DNA of 64,000 nucleotides from an uncultured Spirochaetota bacterium. GTDB taxonomy: Bacteria; Spirochaetota; Brevinematia; Brevinematales; JAOACQ01. Every line of letters starts with the position of its first letter. Within the stretch, counting starts at the first letter, position 1. Below, in pieces: positions 58,997-64,000 of this stretch. Location: contig CAVYGN010000001.1 of the NCBI GenBank assembly GCA_963768055.1, forward strand, positions 928,001 through 992,000. Reading direction: 5' to 3'. The notes under the pieces are model-generated. The model was not told where the DNA came from. It was given only the letters and a program-made list of their open reading frames with translations, and made no database searches. The translations under genes and the position numbers were made by a program.

Positions 58997-61279
58997 TTGA
59001 TGCCTGATTTTTCAGCGGAATTGATAAAAGATTTCCTGGATGAAGCGTTTGAACTCCTTGACAGTATGGAGAAAAGTCTTTTAGTACTGGAAAAGAACCA
59101 GGGAGACGATAAGTCCATCAATGAGATATTCAGGTGCGCTCATACGATCAAGGGAGGGGCGGGGACTGTCGGTTTTCCGGAGATACAGGATCTGACTCAT
59201 GTAATGGAAGACGTTCTCGATCTTATCCGCAAGAAATCTATTAAGTTAAAATATGAAGACATATCGGTCCTTCTCAGGTGCAGGGACGAACTCGAAAAAA
59301 TGCTGACCATGAGGCAGAGCGGCCAATCTTTTATCGATAAAAGTACGGAAAAGGTCAAGGCGGAGATCTCCTCGATAAAAGCCCGGGGCCCGGCGGATAA
59401 AGGCACGGCCGGGCAGTCAAAACCGCAGGTCCAAAAACTCCAGGAGAGCGCCCAGCAGCTTATCGATGAGTCGGGATTTGCTCAAGACGACGTTTCGATC
59501 CTGACAAAAGCCGATCTTTCTCTTTTACGTACCCTTATCAACGCAGGGATCTCCCATTACGACCTTTCCCTCATTACCGATTTGATGAACCAGGGGCATA
59601 ATGTTTTCATCCTGAAATATTATTTTAATAAAAATTACGAGATGAAAGAGGTGTCTTCTTTCCAGATCTATGCGCTTTTAAACGATATATCCGAAATTAT
59701 CAAAATAAACCCCACGCTGGATGAACTTGAAAAAGCATTCCATCAGGAAGTGCTTTTTATTATCAGCACGGATAAGAACGAAAAAGCGGTCCGTGATAAA
59801 ACAAACCTTACCGATATGATAGATACTATATCTATATTAAAAATGAATTCGGATACCGTTAAAAGCCTTGACCAGATGACGCAGCAAAAGGCCCCCAAAC
59901 AGGAAGTAAAAGAAGAAAAAATGAAGGAGAGGGAAGGGGAACAAACCGCTGAAAGCGAGATTCAAAAGAGAAATATTACCACCCTGCGGGTAGAAAGCTG
60001 GAAAATCGACGAGCTTCTGAATTTTATCGGCGAGATTGTAATAATAAAAGCGGCTTTCAATCAGCTTGATGTAGATTTCGATTCCATAGGAAACGATTTA
60101 AAATCCACATTAAGGGAATTTTTGAACGGGGTCTTGAAATTAAACCTTACAGGCGAAGGCGATATATCAAAGGAAAAGAACTCTGTACTTATGAATACCC
60201 TGAATAAACTTTTCGTTTCTTTCGATACATACACCGACAGTTTGCAGAAGATAAACAGGATCCTGACGGCATTGCAGGAAAACGTGATGAATATGCGGAT
60301 GGTTCCGATCCAGATGGTCTTTTCACGTTTTCCACGGCTTATACGGGATATGGCCGATAGAATGAATAAAAAGGTTAACCTTATCATCGAAGGGGTAGAA
60401 ACTGAAATTGACAAGGGCATGGTTGACGATATTTTCGACCCTTTGATACATATTTTACGCAATTCGATCGATCACGGTATAGAGATGCCTGAGGACAGGT
60501 TAAGGCAGGGCAAGCCTGAAACCGGGAAAATGATTTTAAAGGCGAATCATGAGGGAGACAGTATTGTTATAGAGTTAAGGGATGACGGCAGGGGCATAGA
60601 CATCGACGCCTTGAAAAAGAAAGCCCTGGAAAACGGATTTATCAATAATGAGACTGCCTCTAAACTTTCTGCAAAAGAGCTTTTAGGGCTTATCTTTATT
60701 CCCGGATTATCTACAGCGAAGGAAGTTACGGACATGTCGGGGCGCGGAGTCGGCATGGACGTGGTGAAAAGAAAGATAGAGGAAATCGGGGGAAGCGTAG
60801 GGGTTTCCACTACCAGGGGTAAAGGAACAAAGATCGTTATCCGCCTGCCGCTGACTCTCGCTATAATCCAGGGGCTTCTGGTGGTCGTTCATTCCATGCA
60901 TTATGTGATCCCTGTCGCTTCGGTGGAAGAAACGGTCATAATCAGGATCGGAGATCTCAGGGAAATAAACGGGAAACTTACTTTTGAACTAAGAGGTAAA
61001 TTCATCCCCGTTATGTCGCTGGAAAAATTTTTCTATCATAACGATATTTCTACCGATCCCGAGGGAAAGATCTTCTGCATCGTTTCGAAATACGGCGAGA
61101 ACCTTGTCGGAATATTGGTATCGGAGGTCCTGGGAGAACAGGATATAGTAATAAAATCCCTGAACACAAAATTGATAAAGAGCCCCGGAATTTCGGCCGC
61201 GACTATTATCGGTAACGGGGATATCGGGTACATTATCGAAACCGGCCAGATAATAGCGCAGAATTTTAAATCTTCCTGA
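58997..61279 (+). CDS. cheA: Chemotaxis histidine kinase
   Basis: Hpt AHTIKG, HILRNSIDHGIE, DDGRGID, SGRGVGMDVV and C-terminal CheW domain. Confidence 0.96.
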   Translation: MMPDFSAELIKDFLDEAFELLDSMEKSLLVLEKNQGDDKSINEIFRCAHTIKGGAGTVGFPEIQDLTHVMEDVLDLIRKKSIKLKYEDISVLLRCRDELEKMLTMRQSGQSFIDKSTEKVKAEISSIKARGPADKGTAGQSKPQVQKLQESAQQLIDESGFAQDDVSILTKADLSLLRTLINAGISHYDLSLITDLMNQGHNVFILKYYFNKNYEMKEVSSFQIYALLNDISEIIKINPTLDELEKAFHQEVLFIISTDKNEKAVRDKTNLTDMIDTISILKMNSDTVKSLDQMTQQKAPKQEVKEEKMKEREGEQTAESEIQKRNITTLRVESWKIDELLNFIGEIVIIKAAFNQLDVDFDSIGNDLKSTLREFLNGVLKLNLTGEGDISKEKNSVLMNTLNKLFVSFDTYTDSLQKINRILTALQENVMNMRMVPIQMVFSRFPRLIRDMADRMNKKVNLIIEGVETEIDKGMVDDIFDPLIHILRNSIDHGIEMPEDRLRQGKPETGKMILKANHEGDSIVIELRDDGRGIDIDALKKKALENGFINNETASKLSAKELLGLIFIPGLSTAKEVTDMSGRGVGMDVVKRKIEEIGGSVGVSTTRGKGTKIVIRLPLTLAIIQGLLVVVHSMHYVIPVASVEETVIIRIGDLREINGKLTFELRGKFIPVMSLEKFFYHNDISTDPEGKIFCIVSKYGENLVGILVSEVLGEQDIVIKSLNTKLIKSPGISAATIIGNGDIGYIIETGQIIAQNFKSS

Positions 61280-61303
61280 TTATAGAAAATTTTTCATAGG
61301 GGG

Positions 61304-61822
61304 ATGATTTTGGATCAAAAAATCCTTAATAAAAGGATCGAGGAAAAGGACCAGGTAAAAAAATCGACGATTCTTTTTCAATCCATATCTTTCAAACTCG
61401 ACAGCAGCATATATGCAATGGATGTCATGAACATCGTAGAGATAATTTTCGCTCATAAGATTTACAAAGTTCCGAACACGGATTCAAAACTGCTCGGAGT
61501 ATTGAATCTCAGGGGAAACATCCTTCCCGTTTATAGCCTTAAAATGGTGCTCGGCATGGAAGACCCTGTAGTAAACAAGGGTATAATCGAAGAAGAAGAT
61601 AAATTCATAATAATGATAAGAAAGGAAAAGGATACCTTTGGAATATTGATCGACGGGATTTACAAGAACATCGCGGCCACCGAAGACAACTACAGGGAAG
61701 GAGGATTTTTAGAAAAGTGGTCGAAAAATTCTTTATTTAAAGGGGTTATCCTTGAAGATAATCTTGAGATCCTGATTGTAAATGTGGAAAATCTTTTAAA
61801 ATATATAATAACTCTAAAATAA
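61304..61822 (+). CDS. cheW: Chemotaxis coupling protein
   Basis: KVPNT...GVLNLRGNILPV. Confidence 0.9.
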   Translation: MILDQKILNKRIEEKDQVKKSTILFQSISFKLDSSIYAMDVMNIVEIIFAHKIYKVPNTDSKLLGVLNLRGNILPVYSLKMVLGMEDPVVNKGIIEEEDKFIIMIRKEKDTFGILIDGIYKNIAATEDNYREGGFLEKWSKNSLFKGVILEDNLEILIVNVENLLKYIITLK

Positions 61823-61838
61823 ACGGGAGGGATAACCT

Positions 61839-62300
61839 ATGCGTATAGAGTATATAAATCCATTCGTAGAAGCCTCGTTCGATATTTTGAACGAAGTTCT
61901 TCAGACCTCTGTTAAAAGGGGCCAGTTATATCTGAAGAAACTGGGCGAGTCTATGAAAGGAGTTGCTGTCGTAGTAGGAGTCATAGGAAATTTAAAGGGA
62001 AGGATAGTATTCGACCTATCCGAAGATACAGCCATAAAAATCGCATCGAAACTCAACGGAGAGGAATTTAAAACATTCGATGAAATGGCGAGAAGCACCA
62101 TTTCAGAGATAGCCAACATGATTACGGGCCGTTCAGTAACAAAGCTTGAAAAAGACAAGCTGAATTTCAGCTTTACTCCGCCAACCCTGATAACCGGTGA
62201 AAATCTCAATATATATGAATATGCCGATATGGAGGCGCTGATTATTCCCATCGATACCGGTTTAGGCGTCATAGAGATCAATATGGCTTTCAAGGAATAA
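61839..62300 (+). CDS. cheX: CheY-P phosphatase
   Basis: EYINPF, SEIANMITG (ExxN) and TPPTLITG. Confidence 0.93.
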   Translation: MRIEYINPFVEASFDILNEVLQTSVKRGQLYLKKLGESMKGVAVVVGVIGNLKGRIVFDLSEDTAIKIASKLNGEEFKTFDEMARSTISEIANMITGRSVTKLEKDKLNFSFTPPTLITGENLNIYEYADMEALIIPIDTGLGVIEINMAFKE

Positions 62301-62314
62301 ATAGGAGGTGAGTC

Positions 62315-62737
62315 ATGGCAATAGTATATGATGACAACGGTTTGCCTACAGGCAGGAAAGTGGGCGGAGGAAATGTTAAAGTCTTGATCATAGATGATTC
62401 CCAGTTTATTATAAAACATTTAAGCCAGATTTTCATGTCGAGGGATTTTGAGATAATCGGCACAGCGGAAAACGGTAAGACCGGGGTGGATTTGTTTAAA
62501 GAGCTCCATGATAAAACCGACATAGTCACGCTTGATATTACAATGCCTGAAATGGACGGACTTGAGGCATTGAAACAGATTAAAGCGGTCGATCAAAATG
62601 TAGCCGTGATCATGGTGACGGCGATAGGAACCGCTGAAGCGGTTAAGGAGGCGATAAAACTTGGCGCAAAAGGCTATATAGTCAAGCCTTTGGACAGGGA
62701 AAAGGTCATAGAAAGAATAGGCCAGATTTTGAAATAA
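62315..62737 (+). CDS. cheY: Chemotaxis response regulator
   Basis: IIDDS, LDITMP, MVTA and IVKP; follows cheX. Confidence 0.92.
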   Translation: MAIVYDDNGLPTGRKVGGGNVKVLIIDDSQFIIKHLSQIFMSRDFEIIGTAENGKTGVDLFKELHDKTDIVTLDITMPEMDGLEALKQIKAVDQNVAVIMVTAIGTAEAVKEAIKLGAKGYIVKPLDREKVIERIGQILK

Positions 62738-62760
62738 TAAGCAGGGGATTGAAGAATTTT

Positions 62761-63708
62761 ATGGGTCTTGTAATAGGCGTTGACTTGGGCGGAACGGCCA
62801 TCAAAGCAGGCGTTTGCGATGATAAGGGTACGGTCTATAAATCCCTTGAGATTCCTACCGGGGTAGAGGCAAATTCCTGCGAGGTAGTGATTCAAAATAT
62901 CAAGAAATGTATAAAACAGTTGAAAGACCATGCCGGAGAAAAAGAAATAGACGCCATCGGCATAGGAGTTCCCGGAATAGTTTTTGAGAATGGAAACATC
63001 ACGATTTTTTCAAATATACGGGTTTTTGATAATTATCCGATGGGTGAAGAAATCGCGAATGAATTCAAGATACGGGTTTTTGCGGATAATGACGCGAACA
63101 ATGCCGCCAGGGGGGAGTTCATATTTGGCGCCGGCGTAGGAAAAAAGAACTTTGTTCTTATTACGCTTGGTACAGGGATAGGAGGGGGTATTTTCATAAA
63201 CTCGGATATCTATAGCGGTGCAAACGGATGCGCGGGTGAAATCGGCCATATGGTTATAGTGCCCGGCGGAAGGCAATGCGGGTGCGGTAATTTCGGCTGC
63301 TGGGAAGCTTACGGTTCGGCGAACGCGATGATAAAAAGGGCCGGCTGCCTTATCGGCAGGAAGTTGAAAACATCCCTTTCGCAGTATTATCCGGATAAAT
63401 TAGATGCAAGAGTGATAACCGACGAGGCGAAGGCGGGAGACCCGGTCGCTCTACAGATCTTCGATGAAACTTCTTATTATATTGGCCTGGGAACAGCTAA
63501 TGTTATTAACAATCTGAATCCTCAGCTTTGCATTTTCGGCGGTGGCCTATCCCATGCAGGGAAATTCCTGCTTGACAAGGTCAAATTTCATGCCATGCTT
63601 AACAGTTCGCCGGCGGCCTGGGAAGCCGTTGACTTAGTTATGGCTAAACTCGGCAATAAAGCGGGAATTCTTGGCGCGGCCGCCCTCGCTTTTATGAAAA
63701 AATCTTGA
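62761..63708 (+). CDS. ROK-family sugar kinase (glucokinase-like)
   Basis: GVDLGGT, NDAN.AA.GE, TLGTGIGGG and GEIGH...CGCGNFGCWE; ATG 62761 or TTG 62749 start. Confidence 0.9.
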   Translation: MGLVIGVDLGGTAIKAGVCDDKGTVYKSLEIPTGVEANSCEVVIQNIKKCIKQLKDHAGEKEIDAIGIGVPGIVFENGNITIFSNIRVFDNYPMGEEIANEFKIRVFADNDANNAARGEFIFGAGVGKKNFVLITLGTGIGGGIFINSDIYSGANGCAGEIGHMVIVPGGRQCGCGNFGCWEAYGSANAMIKRAGCLIGRKLKTSLSQYYPDKLDARVITDEAKAGDPVALQIFDETSYYIGLGTANVINNLNPQLCIFGGGLSHAGKFLLDKVKFHAMLNSSPAAWEAVDLVMAKLGNKAGILGAAALAFMKKS

Positions 63709-63725
63709 TAAAGAGCTGGATTTCA

Positions 63726-64000
63726 ATGCGCTTCCAAAATAAAGTTTTCATTGCCGGCTTGTTTATAACGCTTGCATTTACCGGGGCTGCATATTCCGGC
63801 CTGATAATAAATTTTGAAGGAATGGGGTATGACGAAGTGCAGTCTTTTAGCAATTCCATTTCAAATTTACCTGTTACAGCCATTATGATCGGAAGTCCGT
63901 TCAAGGGCTACGAGTTTAAAAAAATGGATACGCCGGTCTATGATTTTTACGATATCGGAGGAAGTTTCCGGAGAGGTTCGATGGAAACAGCGCTAGGAAG
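63726..64000 (+). CDS. 3'-partial ORF with signal peptide
   Basis: MRFQNKVFIAGLFITLAFTGAAYSGLIINFEG... open to the window end. Confidence 0.55.
   Translation, partial: MRFQNKVFIAGLFITLAFTGAAYSGLIINFEGMGYDEVQSFSNSISNLPVTAIMIGSPFKGYEFKKMDTPVYDFYDIGGSFRRGSMETALG

Noticed and set aside
999..63904. Numerous short ORFs nested in or antisense to long genes
   Set aside because: They overlap well-supported genes and show no motifs

Overview
Bacterial chromosomal segment, most likely a spirochaete (inferred from the cheA-cheW-cheX-cheY operon, an FlcA-like TPR protein and LptF/LptG). 1-26.6 kb is mostly housekeeping and transport: lptF/G, a frameshifted pfkA, eda, serA, ferredoxin, an RsbW-like kinase, NeuB-family synthase, a flagellin-like ORF, ftsW, flcA-like, argF/argH, USP, ilvE, accA, a divergent EF-G, TetR/MATE, NRAMP and an aldo-keto reductase. 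27-36 kb is a mosaic accessory tract with orphan higA, several C-terminal gene remnants and short junction motifs. pbpC plus a thioester alpha-2-macroglobulin follow. The most unusual region is 44.66-51.1 kb. Two tRNA-Val genes are followed by three dispersed copies of the tRNA-Val(GAC) 3' half, all with the variable loop replaced by the same GCC-GCA-GGC mini-hairpin. The copies delimit three small integrase-free cargo blocks (GH11 xylanase + DUF4386; DUF4160/DUF2442 TA pair; PEGA-like protein + IS1380 remnant) and diverge progressively with distance from the intact tRNA. One copy has an adjacent TGGTACAA x3 repeat resembling integrase arm sites. This looks like a tRNA-anchored, polarised cassette array. 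The window ends with PilZ, PAS kinase/TPR/response regulator genes, the chemotaxis operon and a ROK kinase. All family calls are from motif recognition by eye; no database searches were run.
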